Assembly: GCA_963815095.1 (NCBI GenBank)
Contig: CAWFFH010000003.1
Coordinates: 992,001 to 1,056,000, forward strand
Direction: 5' to 3'
DNA: 64,000 nucleotides
Origin: Candidatus Bathyarchaeota archaeon
GTDB taxonomy: Archaea > Thermoproteota > Bathyarchaeia > Bathyarchaeales > Bathycorpusculaceae
This document shows, piece by piece, positions 40,075 to 49,722 of this stretch. The translations under genes and the position numbers were made by a program. Each line of letters begins with the position of its first letter. Position 1 is the stretch's first letter. The notes beneath the pieces are model-generated. The model saw only the letters and a list, made by a program, of their open reading frames with translations. It had not been told where the DNA came from and searched no databases.

Positions 40075-40812
40075 ATGAAACCCAAAGTTGCATTCTTTGA
40101 CTTTGCTGGCTGCGAAGGTGACCAGCTGCAAGTCGCAAACCTCGAAGAGGACCTGTTAGCTCTTCTTGGTCAAGTGGAAGTTGTAACTTTCCGAGAAGTT
40201 ATGAAAGAGCAAAGCAACGACTACGCTATTGCGTTCATAGAAGGCTCATGCACCAGACTGCAAGATGAAGATAGACTCAAGCAAATACGGAAAAATGCCA
40301 AAATAGTCGTGGCAATAGGTTCATGTGCTGCTATTGGCGGCATCAACTCTCTTAGAAACTATAAGGATTTAGATGAAGTTAAAAAATTGGTGTACGGCGA
40401 AAACGCGAGGCTATTTGACTCCTATGCAGCAAGACCTATAGACGCCGTAATCCCAGTGGATGCCTATGTTTATGGATGCCCAATCGATAGAGAAGATTTC
40501 TTGCAAGTAGTCAAATCTCTCTTGTTAGGAAAGAAACCTGACACACCAACGTATCCTGTTTGTGTTGAATGCAAGAAAAACGAGAACGTCTGCGCTTTTG
40601 AACGTGGTCAAAACTGCGTTGGAACCGTTACTAGGGCTGGCTGTAATTCATGCTGTGTTAATGAGGGAACGATCTGTTGGGGATGTCGCGGTTTGGTGGA
40701 TAATCCAAATGAGAATTCTCAAAAAGAAGTTTTGATAAAATATGGTCAAACTGTTGATGATGCAATTGCAAAGTTTAGGTTGTATTTTGGTTGGCAGGAG
40801 GCAAAAAGATGA
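40075..40812 (+). CDS. hydD: Group 3b [NiFe] hydrogenase small (delta) subunit
   Basis: CEGD, GSCA, GCP, VC.EC..C..C.G..TRAGC...C.GCRG. Confidence 0.9.
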   Translation: MKPKVAFFDFAGCEGDQLQVANLEEDLLALLGQVEVVTFREVMKEQSNDYAIAFIEGSCTRLQDEDRLKQIRKNAKIVVAIGSCAAIGGINSLRNYKDLDEVKKLVYGENARLFDSYAARPIDAVIPVDAYVYGCPIDREDFLQVVKSLLLGKKPDTPTYPVCVECKKNENVCAFERGQNCVGTVTRAGCNSCCVNEGTICWGCRGLVDNPNENSQKEVLIKYGQTVDDAIAKFRLYFGWQEAKR

Positions 40813-42122
40813 GTGAATCTAAAAATGTCGATGTAAATGTCCATCATATTACAAGAGTTGAAGGACATGGAAACATCAATGTATCCGTCAGGAATGGCGC
40901 CGTGGAAAAATGCGAATGGAGTATACCTGAAGCGCCAAGATTCTTCGAAGCCATGGTTGTGGGAAGATACTGGAATGAACTGCATCATATTACTTCGCGC
41001 ATATGCGGGATCTGCTCTATTGGTCATTCGCTTGCATCCTTGAAAGCCACTGAAGCCGCATTAGGTATCCCGATCAGTGAACAGGACCTTAAACTAAGAA
41101 AGTTAGCTCTGCACGCTGAAAACATGCAAAGCCACATTCTGCATCTGGGTTTTCTGGTTCTTCCAGACTTGATGGGTGTCGGCTCTGTCATCCCTATAGT
41201 CTCGACTAATTTAGCTGAAGTCAAAATTGTCCTTCAACTTCACCGAACTGCAAACGAAATGTCAAAGTTGCTTTGCGGTAGAACGACGCATCCTCAACGA
41301 CTAATCCCAGGTGGCTTCTCCAAAATTCCCTCAATGAAAGAATTGGCAATTATGCGGCAAAAGCTGCAAGATTCCGTTGCGAACCTTCAGGCTGTGGCTG
41401 GACTGTTTAAGAGTTTAGCAGGCAATTTCCCCAATTTTGAGCGCGAAACAGAATTCATAGCCCTAACAAACCCCAACGAATACGCACTCTACGATGGCGA
41501 AATAGCCTCAACTGACACTGGCGTAGCCCCAGCAAAAGAATACCTAACATACACAAACGAATACATTGTTCCCCAATCAACCGCTAAATGGGCCAAACAT
41601 AACCGAGACTCCTACATGGTAGGCGCATTAGCCAGATTAAACATCAACTACAAAAAACTCTCACCCTTAGCTCAAACAGTCGCAGAAATGTTTGACCTCA
41701 AACCAATATGCTACAATCCATTCATGAACAGTATTGCCCAGCTGGTTGAAACGGTACACAGCGTCGAAGACTCAATACGCCTAATCAACGAGCTTGAAGC
41801 CGCGGGACTTAAGACTCAGCCAGACTACAACAATCCGACCATAAAAGTGAAGGCAGGAAGCGGCGTTGGGGCAGTCGAAGTACCAAGAGGAATACTTTTC
41901 CATGATTATACTTACAACGACAAAGGAGTTTGCACCAAAGGCAATTGTGTAATTCCAACAAACCAAAACCACGGCAACATTTCACTTGACATGAAAGCAC
42001 TGCTACCTCAGGTTATCAACAAAACGCAAAAAGAAATCGAACTCACATTAGAAATGTTAGTGCGAGCATACGATCCCTGCATATCTTGCTCAACACACTT
42101 TGTGAAAGTCGATTTAACTTAA
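40809..42122 (+). CDS. hydA: Group 3b [NiFe] hydrogenase large (alpha) subunit
   Basis: RVEGHG, RICGIC, EVPRG, DPCISCSTH plus cleavable tail; ATGA overlap with hydD. Confidence 0.95.
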   Translation: MSESKNVDVNVHHITRVEGHGNINVSVRNGAVEKCEWSIPEAPRFFEAMVVGRYWNELHHITSRICGICSIGHSLASLKATEAALGIPISEQDLKLRKLALHAENMQSHILHLGFLVLPDLMGVGSVIPIVSTNLAEVKIVLQLHRTANEMSKLLCGRTTHPQRLIPGGFSKIPSMKELAIMRQKLQDSVANLQAVAGLFKSLAGNFPNFERETEFIALTNPNEYALYDGEIASTDTGVAPAKEYLTYTNEYIVPQSTAKWAKHNRDSYMVGALARLNINYKKLSPLAQTVAEMFDLKPICYNPFMNSIAQLVETVHSVEDSIRLINELEAAGLKTQPDYNNPTIKVKAGSGVGAVEVPRGILFHDYTYNDKGVCTKGNCVIPTNQNHGNISLDMKALLPQVINKTQKEIELTLEMLVRAYDPCISCSTHFVKVDLT

Positions 42123-42170
42123 ACCTTTTTTTCTTAATCGAACTCACTAATTATTGGGAAGCGTTGGGTT

Positions 42171-44819
42171 ATGGGAAATCTTAAAGGGTTTTTCAGTCCC
42201 CAAGCAATTGCTGTTATTGGGGCAAGTGAGCGGGCTGATTCCTTAGGAACCCGAATACTTCGCAACTTAATCGGGACATATCAGGGAAAGATTTTTCCAG
42301 TCAATCCTTTTAGGCAAACCGTCCAAGGACTGGGTGCTTATCCCAGTATAGACCGTGTACCATCAAAAGTAGACCTTGCAATCATTGCAACTCCAGCCCA
42401 CACCGTTCCCCAACTTATTGAGGAATGCGCCAAAACAGGCGTATTAAATGCGGTTATTGTTTCCGCTGGTTTTGATGAATGCAGCGCAAACGGTCGGGAA
42501 CTTACACGCAGAATTTTAGATTGTAAACGCACCTATGGCATGAGGATTATAGGACCAAACAGCTTTGGCATTATACGGCCAAATTCAAATCTTTACGCCA
42601 CCTTTGCAGAAAAGAAAGCATGTCCCGGAAAAATTGCTTTCATATCCCAGAGCGGAGCTTTTTGTGGTTCAGCGTTAGATTGGTCTTTGGAGACTCAAGT
42701 TGGACTCAGCGCCGTTGTCTCAACTGGCTCAACGATTGATATTGACTCGAGTGACTTAATCGAATATTTTGGAAATGACCCTCAAACACGAATAATAATG
42801 CTTTATGTTGAGTCGATAAAGAATGCAAGAAACTTCATGAGTGCTGCAAGGGGCTATGCAAAAACAAAACCCATAATCATTGTAAAACCCAACGGAACAA
42901 ATGAAAATCGGCAACCTGCACTCTCGGACACGAGTCAACTAAACGAAGCCCTCCACGATGCAGCATTTCGAAGATGCGGCATAGTTAGGGTTGAAACGAT
43001 TAACGGTCTTTTTGACTGCGCCAAAACTCTATCAATGCAGTCAAGCCCAACTATACCCCACTTAACCATAATAACAAATGCAAGTGGCCCAGCTTTGATG
43101 GCTTTAGACCAGATAAACAGGCGCGGCGGCAAACTCGCAGAAATAAACGATTCAACTTCCCAAGCTCTGAGGAGCATTTTACCCTACTACTGCGTTTTAA
43201 CAAATCCAATCGATCTTTTAGAGGAGGCTCCACCTGAAAGATACCAAAAAGTAATACAGACCTGCATAGGCGATAATTCAAACAGTAGTCTGCTTGTAAT
43301 TTATGCCCCAACAGGCATAACCGACCCACTCAGCTTAGCCAATATTGTCATAAATTCTGCCAAACAAACACGAAAGAATGTCTTTGTTTGCCTCATGGGT
43401 GAAGACCCCAAATGCCAAGAAGCAAGAAGGACTCTGCATAAAAACGGTGTTCCAGCCTTCCGAACCCCTCAAGAAGCCGTCAGAACATTCATGAACATTT
43501 ACGCCCGCACACAAAACTTAGAATTGCTCTATCAAACTCCTGAAGAAATTCTCGTAGACCCGACCTCACCGACCCATCTTAAAGGGATTTTGAGGCATGC
43601 ATTCAGAGAGGGCAGAGAGACTCTGAACTTAACTGAATCTTTCCAGTTCTTGGAAGCCTACAAGATACCTGCCATAAAAACGTTAATCGCTAAAACCGCT
43701 GAAGAATCAGCAGCTTTCGCATCTCAACTTGGTTACCCAGTAGTTGTGAAAAATCTAAATTCACAGTATAGGGTTAAAAGCGAAACTCAAAGTCTTGTCT
43801 ACGATGTTTTTTCTCCTGCGCAACTCAATTTTCACTTTAAACAGTTATTCGATGAGACTGAGAAATCTATGGAGATTCAAGGAGTTGCAATCCAACCAAA
43901 AATTCTGCAAGCTCCATGCAGGTTGTTTTTAGGATCAAGAAAAGACCCTCAGTTTGGTTCAATCATATGTTTGGGAACGGGAGGCGCTTTAATCGAAAAA
44001 GACAGGGAGCTAAGCGTTGGTTTCCCGCCGCTAAATCAGATTCTTGCTCGCCAAATTATGGAAAACACCAAAGCCCTGAAGTACTGCAAAGACGCATGCG
44101 CCACTCAGCTTGAAACCGGACCAATTGAAGAAATCATGATTAAGTTTTCTCAGCTTGTCGTTGATTTTCCTGAGATACGAAAAATTGACATAAACCCCAT
44201 AATCATTAAGGAAGGCAAAGCAGTCGTAGTTGATGCGCAAATCGCCTTAGATTTACAAAGTTTTTTACGCCCAGGAGCCGAACACCCAGAGAACCTTGTT
44301 ATTGCACCCTACCCCAAAAAATACATTACAAAGCGCACCCTAAAAAACGACGTGAAAGTGACTCTTCGACCAATAAAGCCTGAAGACGAAAACCGCTTCA
44401 ATGCACTCTTCAAATCCTTATCCTTGCAAAGTGTACGATTCAGATTCTTTGAGACCATAAAAGAGATGTCGCATGATACTTTATCTAGGTACTGCAATCT
44501 TGATTATGACCGAGAAATCGCAATAGTCGCCGAGCTCGATGATCGAAGTCTCATTGGAGTTGTGAGGTTGATTTTTGATGCGGAAAGAAAAAATGGTGAA
44601 TTCGCTGTTATGGTTAGCGATTCTTGGCATGGGTTAGGGTTGGGTTCAAAACTTGTGGACTATGTCTTAGATATTGGGAAGGACCTGAAATTAGAATCGA
44701 TTTATAGTGATGTTAGTCCTGAAAATACAAAGATGCTTAATTTATGTGGTAACAAAGGCTTCACGGCTAAATCGGAAGATGAATATTCGATTTTTATGTC
44801 TTTGAATTTGGAGCCTTAG
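42171..44819 (+). CDS. Acyl-CoA synthetase-like / GNAT fusion (PatZ/YfiQ-type protein lysine acetyltransferase)
   Basis: CoA-binding, SQSG, TNPID and ATP-grasp domains; C-terminal GNAT (RPIKPED, W.GLGLG); catalytic SHTG motif replaced by SDTS. Confidence 0.88.
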   Translation: MGNLKGFFSPQAIAVIGASERADSLGTRILRNLIGTYQGKIFPVNPFRQTVQGLGAYPSIDRVPSKVDLAIIATPAHTVPQLIEECAKTGVLNAVIVSAGFDECSANGRELTRRILDCKRTYGMRIIGPNSFGIIRPNSNLYATFAEKKACPGKIAFISQSGAFCGSALDWSLETQVGLSAVVSTGSTIDIDSSDLIEYFGNDPQTRIIMLYVESIKNARNFMSAARGYAKTKPIIIVKPNGTNENRQPALSDTSQLNEALHDAAFRRCGIVRVETINGLFDCAKTLSMQSSPTIPHLTIITNASGPALMALDQINRRGGKLAEINDSTSQALRSILPYYCVLTNPIDLLEEAPPERYQKVIQTCIGDNSNSSLLVIYAPTGITDPLSLANIVINSAKQTRKNVFVCLMGEDPKCQEARRTLHKNGVPAFRTPQEAVRTFMNIYARTQNLELLYQTPEEILVDPTSPTHLKGILRHAFREGRETLNLTESFQFLEAYKIPAIKTLIAKTAEESAAFASQLGYPVVVKNLNSQYRVKSETQSLVYDVFSPAQLNFHFKQLFDETEKSMEIQGVAIQPKILQAPCRLFLGSRKDPQFGSIICLGTGGALIEKDRELSVGFPPLNQILARQIMENTKALKYCKDACATQLETGPIEEIMIKFSQLVVDFPEIRKIDINPIIIKEGKAVVVDAQIALDLQSFLRPGAEHPENLVIAPYPKKYITKRTLKNDVKVTLRPIKPEDENRFNALFKSLSLQSVRFRFFETIKEMSHDTLSRYCNLDYDREIAIVAELDDRSLIGVVRLIFDAERKNGEFAVMVSDSWHGLGLGSKLVDYVLDIGKDLKLESIYSDVSPENTKMLNLCGNKGFTAKSEDEYSIFMSLNLEP

Positions 44820-45133
44820 ATGTTCAGGTCGTTTAGGAACTTCCAAAAATCCTCGATGCAGCTGATAATTCTTAATTCTAGGAAGCGAGCTTCAAAATTG
44901 CCTTTTTCGTCGATGGGGTCTTTAAAGAAACCAACAGTGTGGGGATATCCATTCTCAAACATTGGGCTATCCACTACATCGGCCAAAACTGCGTTGGGGT
45001 TGCTCCGCTTAGTTCTTTTATCGATAAAGTGCACGGCATAGAATAGGTATTTTCTTCCTTCATTTCTCGCGGCTGGAAAACTAATTAACCAATCCATTTC
45101 TTGGAAATAAAATTTTTTAGATCTTGTTTCCAT
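44816..45133 (-). CDS. Hypothetical protein
   Basis: 105-aa ORF with normal composition. Confidence 0.65.
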   Translation of the reverse strand: METRSKKFYFQEMDWLISFPAARNEGRKYLFYAVHFIDKRTKRSNPNAVLADVVDSPMFENGYPHTVGFFKDPIDEKGNFEARFLELRIISCIEDFWKFLNDLNI

Positions 45134-45212
45134 AGAACCTTATCTCTGATTACTTTGTTAGCACGCAATAATTAATTAATCTTAACAAAAATGGAAAAGG
45201 TTGGGTGGAGGT

Positions 45213-46622
45213 TTAGTTTTTGTCTAACTTGAATTCTTCATGTATTGCTCGGACGACTGCTACCCCGTCTTTCTCTTTGACGACAAAGGAAATGTTGAGT
45301 TCTGAGCTGCCTTGTGCAATCATGCGGATGTTGATGCCTTTCTGGGCGACGATGGAGAATATCTTTGATGCTACACCAAGAGTGCCTTTCATGTTGGCGC
45401 CCATAACCGCGATGACGGCAACATCGTCTTCCGCTGTTACTTCACTTACTACTCCTCCTCTTTCGAGTAACGCTATTTCGAGGTTGCTGATTGCCCTGCC
45501 TAAGAGTCCACGTTTGATTATCATGGAGATGTTGGCTTCTGAAACTGCGGTAGAAATCATCATGACGTTGATGTTGTTTTTTCCGAGGACATCGAAAACT
45601 TTTGCGTAGCTGCCTGGAGCACCTACCATGCCTGCGCCGTTAACGTTTAGCATAGCGACATCTTTTATCATGGCTACGGCTTTGACTGGTTTTGTTTCGT
45701 TGGCTGTGGGGTCCTTAGTGATCAATGTTCCTGGGTTCTCGGGTTGAGCGGTATTTCGGATTCTAACTGGAATATTCTCTTTTATTACTGGTCCCAATGC
45801 GCGTGGATGCATTGCTTTTGCTCCGAAAATCGCCATTTCCGCCGCTTCCTGATAGCTGAGTTGCGGCAACATTCGGGCGGTTGGCACGATTTTGGGGTCG
45901 GTGGTCATTATCCCGTCAACGTCTGTCCATATCCAGACTTCGTCGACTTGTAGTGCCACACCGAGGATAGTTGCGGTGTAGTCTGAGCCTCCGCGGCCAA
46001 CAGTCGTTATTACCCCGTCTTGGTTGGCAGCGATGAAGCCAGTAACAACTGGAATTGTTCCTTTTTCGAACAAAGGTCCGAGTCTTTCGCGGATAAGGTG
46101 AGTAGTGTAGTTCATCAGGGGGTTGGCTTCGCCAAAATTTGAGTCCGTTACTATGCCTGCTTCTTTGCCAGTGAAGCTTTGGCTTTCAAACTTGTGGTCT
46201 CTTATAGCTCCTGAGACAATGGGTGCAGACAAACGTTCTCCAAAAGATGCAACATAATCTTTGGATTTTGGCGTTAGTTCGCCCACGTAGCATATGCCTG
46301 TTAGGACTTTTTCTAATTCAGAGATTGTTCGCTCGGTTGTTTGGGTTACTTCCTTTTGGATTTGCTTACTTGTGATGGCGGTTGAAATTGCCTCTACATG
46401 TTTTTTGAGGAGTTCTTTTGTGAAGGTTTCAATTTGTTTTTCGTCGCTTTTCTTGGCTTGGCAAGCAACTTCAAGCAAATTGTTGGTGACGCCTGCTAAT
46501 GCAGAAACGACAACGGCAACTTTGTAGTCTTTTTTAGCGTATTGTGTAACTGTTTCGGCTACGTGACGTATGTTTTTGCCCGTGCCTACGCTTGTTCCGC
46601 CGAACTTCATCACTATTTTCAT
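45213..46622 (-). CDS. lysC: Aspartate kinase
   Basis: MKFGGTSV, GRGGSD, TDVDG, two ACT domains. Confidence 0.95.
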   Translation of the reverse strand: MKIVMKFGGTSVGTGKNIRHVAETVTQYAKKDYKVAVVVSALAGVTNNLLEVACQAKKSDEKQIETFTKELLKKHVEAISTAITSKQIQKEVTQTTERTISELEKVLTGICYVGELTPKSKDYVASFGERLSAPIVSGAIRDHKFESQSFTGKEAGIVTDSNFGEANPLMNYTTHLIRERLGPLFEKGTIPVVTGFIAANQDGVITTVGRGGSDYTATILGVALQVDEVWIWTDVDGIMTTDPKIVPTARMLPQLSYQEAAEMAIFGAKAMHPRALGPVIKENIPVRIRNTAQPENPGTLITKDPTANETKPVKAVAMIKDVAMLNVNGAGMVGAPGSYAKVFDVLGKNNINVMMISTAVSEANISMIIKRGLLGRAISNLEIALLERGGVVSEVTAEDDVAVIAVMGANMKGTLGVASKIFSIVAQKGINIRMIAQGSSELNISFVVKEKDGVAVVRAIHEEFKLDKN

Positions 46623-46637
46623 TTTTATCAGCTCTTT

Positions 46638-47666
46638 TTAGTTTAGTAGTTTGGTTGCTAACTTACGTCTTATATCTAAAAGGTCCCTTAAAACTGCACT
46701 GGCAGTTTCGATGCCGCCTGCTCCCCTACCGATGAGGGTTTGTTCTGCTGCGTATTCAGTTGAGAAGGTTATTGCGTTTAGGACGCCGCTGACGCATAAG
46801 GGGTTGGTTAATGGAATTTCTGTAGGCTTAACTGTTGCTTTGTCGCCCTCTATTGAACCGATTAGCTTGATGGTGCTGTTTCTTTTGGCGGCTTCCTGAA
46901 GCTGCTCTAGTGTTACTTCTCGGATGCCTGTTCTGTCAATGTTTTTTAAGGTTATTTTTTTGCCCATAATCCAGTTTGACAGAATAACCACTTTGCAAGC
47001 AGTGTCAAACCCATCAATATCCATGGATGGCTCTCGTTCTGCGTAACCAAGTTTCTGCGCATTTGCTAATGCATCTTGGAAGGTTACGTGGTTTTGGGAC
47101 ATTTCGGTTAGTATGTAGTTGGTTGTGCCGTTTAGTATGCCTCGTATGGCAAGGATTCTGTCTCCTGCGAGGCATCGTTTGGCGAATTCAAGCATGGGGG
47201 TGCCGCCGCCGACTGTGCCGCTGAATCGGAGGTAAACGTTGTTGTATTCGGCAAGTTCTGTAAGTGCAGGCATGGCTAAAGCTAATGGTCCTTTGTTAGT
47301 TGTTACAACATGTTTGCCAGTTTTGAAGGCTTTAGTAATGTGGGAAAGGGCTGGTTCACCATTTTTAATGTTAACAGGAGTAACTTCAACAACCACTTCT
47401 GCTTCAACCGATTCAATAACATCCAAAGCAGATATTCCTGGACGACCGAAATCGGGGTCTTTAGAAATTGGGTAACCACGTTGCTTAATTGCTTCCAGTT
47501 TTTCGGGGCTTAAGCCTCTTGGGTTTATTACGGCGCCGTCTATGTCGGCTATGGCGACGATTTTTGGGTTAAACCCTGTGTCCTTTACGTTTTCTGCGTA
47601 TCTGCGAGCCAGAATTGTGGTTACGCCTTTTCCGACTATGCCGTATCCAACTAAAATAATCCTCAT
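46638..47666 (-). CDS. hom: Homoserine dehydrogenase
   Basis: GYGIVG, TNKGP, LNGTTNYIL, GAGG.ETA. Confidence 0.95.
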   Translation of the reverse strand: MRIILVGYGIVGKGVTTILARRYAENVKDTGFNPKIVAIADIDGAVINPRGLSPEKLEAIKQRGYPISKDPDFGRPGISALDVIESVEAEVVVEVTPVNIKNGEPALSHITKAFKTGKHVVTTNKGPLALAMPALTELAEYNNVYLRFSGTVGGGTPMLEFAKRCLAGDRILAIRGILNGTTNYILTEMSQNHVTFQDALANAQKLGYAEREPSMDIDGFDTACKVVILSNWIMGKKITLKNIDRTGIREVTLEQLQEAAKRNSTIKLIGSIEGDKATVKPTEIPLTNPLCVSGVLNAITFSTEYAAEQTLIGRGAGGIETASAVLRDLLDIRRKLATKLLN

Positions 47667-47672
47667 GTCAAA

Positions 47673-48923
47673 TCACCGTGCAAGAATCACTTTTTGTTTT
47701 TTTAGGCCCAATGCCTCTTCGATGGCTGTTATGTCGGCATCAACTTCGATTGGTTTCTCACTCATCTTAACTGCTGTGTCGGGGTCTTTGAGTCCATGAC
47801 CTGTAGTAACGCAGACAACGCGTTCATCCTTGCTAATTAAGCCGCTTTGAACCAGTTTCTTTAATCCTGCGATGGATGAAGCGCTTGCCGGCTCCACAAA
47901 AATGCCCTCAATTCTTGCGAGGATTTTTTGTGCATCCAAGATTTCCTCGTCGGTGACGGTTTCAGCGGTTCCGTGGGATTCGTGGATGGCGTTGACAGCT
48001 TTCTTCCAGCTTACAGGTGCACCAATTCGAATAGCTGTTGCAACTGTTTCTGGGTGCTCAACTGGGATGATTTTGTTGCTGTTAGTTTTAATCATCTGAG
48101 CAATTGGTGCAGAACCTGAGGCTTGTATGCCCGTCATTTTGGGCAGCTTTTTTATGTAGCCAAGTTGGTGGAATTCACTTAGGCCTTTCCAGATAGCGCT
48201 GATGTTTCCAGCGTTGCCAACTGGCACGATTATGCGATCGGGAGCATCATTGTTGAGTTGCTCACAAATTTCGTAGCCCAACGATTTTTGGCCTTCAATA
48301 CGGAACGGGTTAATTGAATTTAACAGGTAGATGTTTTTGTGTTTCTCGGCAAGTTTTAGCACGAATTCTAAGGCTTCATCAAAGTTTCCCTTGACTTGGA
48401 GAACTTTGGCGCCGTGAATCATAGCTTGTGAAAGTTTGCCGTACGCGATTTTGCCTGAGGGAATCAGAACGGTGCATCTTATTCCTGCTCTGGCGGCGTA
48501 AGCGGCGAGGCTTGCGGAGGTGTTGCCTGTGGAAGCGCAGATAACGTGTCGTGCACCTAATTCCACGGCTTTGGTTACGCCAACAGTCATGCCTCTGTCT
48601 TTGAAGCTGCCTGTGGGGTTTTCGCCCTCGTTTTTGACGTAGAGGTTTTTGAGTCCCAATTCTGCGCCTAAACGTTCCGAGCGATGCAGACCTGTCCCGC
48701 CTTCGCTTAGGGTTACTACTTTTGTGGCTTCGTGGATGGGCATGAAGTCGCGGTATCGCCAAACCCAGAGTGGTTTGCTCTTCCAGTCGCTTTCTTTGAG
48801 CTTTTCAGCTAACTCTTTGAAATCAAACTTTATCTCCAAAATGTCTCCGCATTTTTTGCAGAAGTAAACAATCTCATCGATACCATAGGTTGTTTTGCAG
48901 TTTATGCATTCTTGGTGTGACAT
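47673..48923 (-). CDS. thrC: Threonine synthase
   Basis: NPTGSFKDRG, ASTGNT, PVGNAGN, TGHGLKD. Confidence 0.96.
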   Translation of the reverse strand: MSHQECINCKTTYGIDEIVYFCKKCGDILEIKFDFKELAEKLKESDWKSKPLWVWRYRDFMPIHEATKVVTLSEGGTGLHRSERLGAELGLKNLYVKNEGENPTGSFKDRGMTVGVTKAVELGARHVICASTGNTSASLAAYAARAGIRCTVLIPSGKIAYGKLSQAMIHGAKVLQVKGNFDEALEFVLKLAEKHKNIYLLNSINPFRIEGQKSLGYEICEQLNNDAPDRIIVPVGNAGNISAIWKGLSEFHQLGYIKKLPKMTGIQASGSAPIAQMIKTNSNKIIPVEHPETVATAIRIGAPVSWKKAVNAIHESHGTAETVTDEEILDAQKILARIEGIFVEPASASSIAGLKKLVQSGLISKDERVVCVTTGHGLKDPDTAVKMSEKPIEVDADITAIEEALGLKKQKVILAR

Positions 48924-49015
48924 GACTTTGCGTCTCCACGTGGTAAGTGCCTTTTCAGATTAACACAAAATACTGACTGTTACATTATTAATTTATCTGC
49001 TTTCGGACTCTGTTC

Positions 49016-49594
49016 TTAACCCACCAAGTTTGACAAAACCTCGTAGGTTTTGAGGCTGTCTTTCTTCTCGACTACCATGATGGTTTCTGTCCAGCAGGAA
49101 ATGAACTCGATGATGTTCACGTTTTGTTCGGCTAGCAGGGTTGCTAGGAACGCGACAACTCCCGGCGTGGCTTCTAATTCCTCGGGCGAGTGAACAACAA
49201 TCATGGTGCAATTGTCATGCTTTACAAGAGTTGTGATTCGCTCAGGTAAATCACTTCGGTCAAGCAAGTAAACAAATTTACCTAGCAAATCCACTTTCAT
49301 TCCTGTTTGAGCAGGGAGTTCTTTGGCGGTTATCATGACGGATTTTCTGTCATAGACTGCTATGTTGCTGCGTTTTAGGAGTTGGAGAACTTTTTCTTCT
49401 CTTTTCTGCTTGTGTTTTTGTAGTTCCTCTGAATAGCGGCGTAAAGCTGCTTTTATGGCGCTGGTGTCTTCGGTTTTTAGTTCTATTTGGATTTGTCTTG
49501 AGAGTTCGCTGAGGTTGACTATGCCTTTTTCTAGGGCTTCGAGTAGGTAGGGTTTGTTTCGCAGGTGGCTTCGAACGTTTTGGGCTACGGTCAT
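49016..49594 (-). CDS. ACT-domain protein with N-terminal HTH-like region (putative amino-acid-sensing regulator)
   Basis: GIVNLSELSR..AIKAALRR; TPGVVA..NVNIIEFISC ACT; start at 49594 (ORF open to 49624). Confidence 0.8.
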   Translation of the reverse strand: MTVAQNVRSHLRNKPYLLEALEKGIVNLSELSRQIQIELKTEDTSAIKAALRRYSEELQKHKQKREEKVLQLLKRSNIAVYDRKSVMITAKELPAQTGMKVDLLGKFVYLLDRSDLPERITTLVKHDNCTMIVVHSPEELEATPGVVAFLATLLAEQNVNIIEFISCWTETIMVVEKKDSLKTYEVLSNLVG

Positions 49595-49612
49595 GATGTT
49601 CTCTTTGTGTAT

Positions 49613-49665
49613 CAAATGGGACATTTAAAGCTTGTTAAGTAACAAAAAAGTCACAAGGTTTAAAA
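49613..49665. promoter_or_regulatory. Conserved promoter/operator block between the ACT gene and argG (copy 2)
   Basis: 39/53 ungapped identity to 26213-26265. Confidence 0.7.
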
Positions 49666-49722
49666 ATACAGCCCTCAAGGTAAGGGAAACAATTTAAAAC
49701 AAAAAAATGGGGGAGCAAGCAA

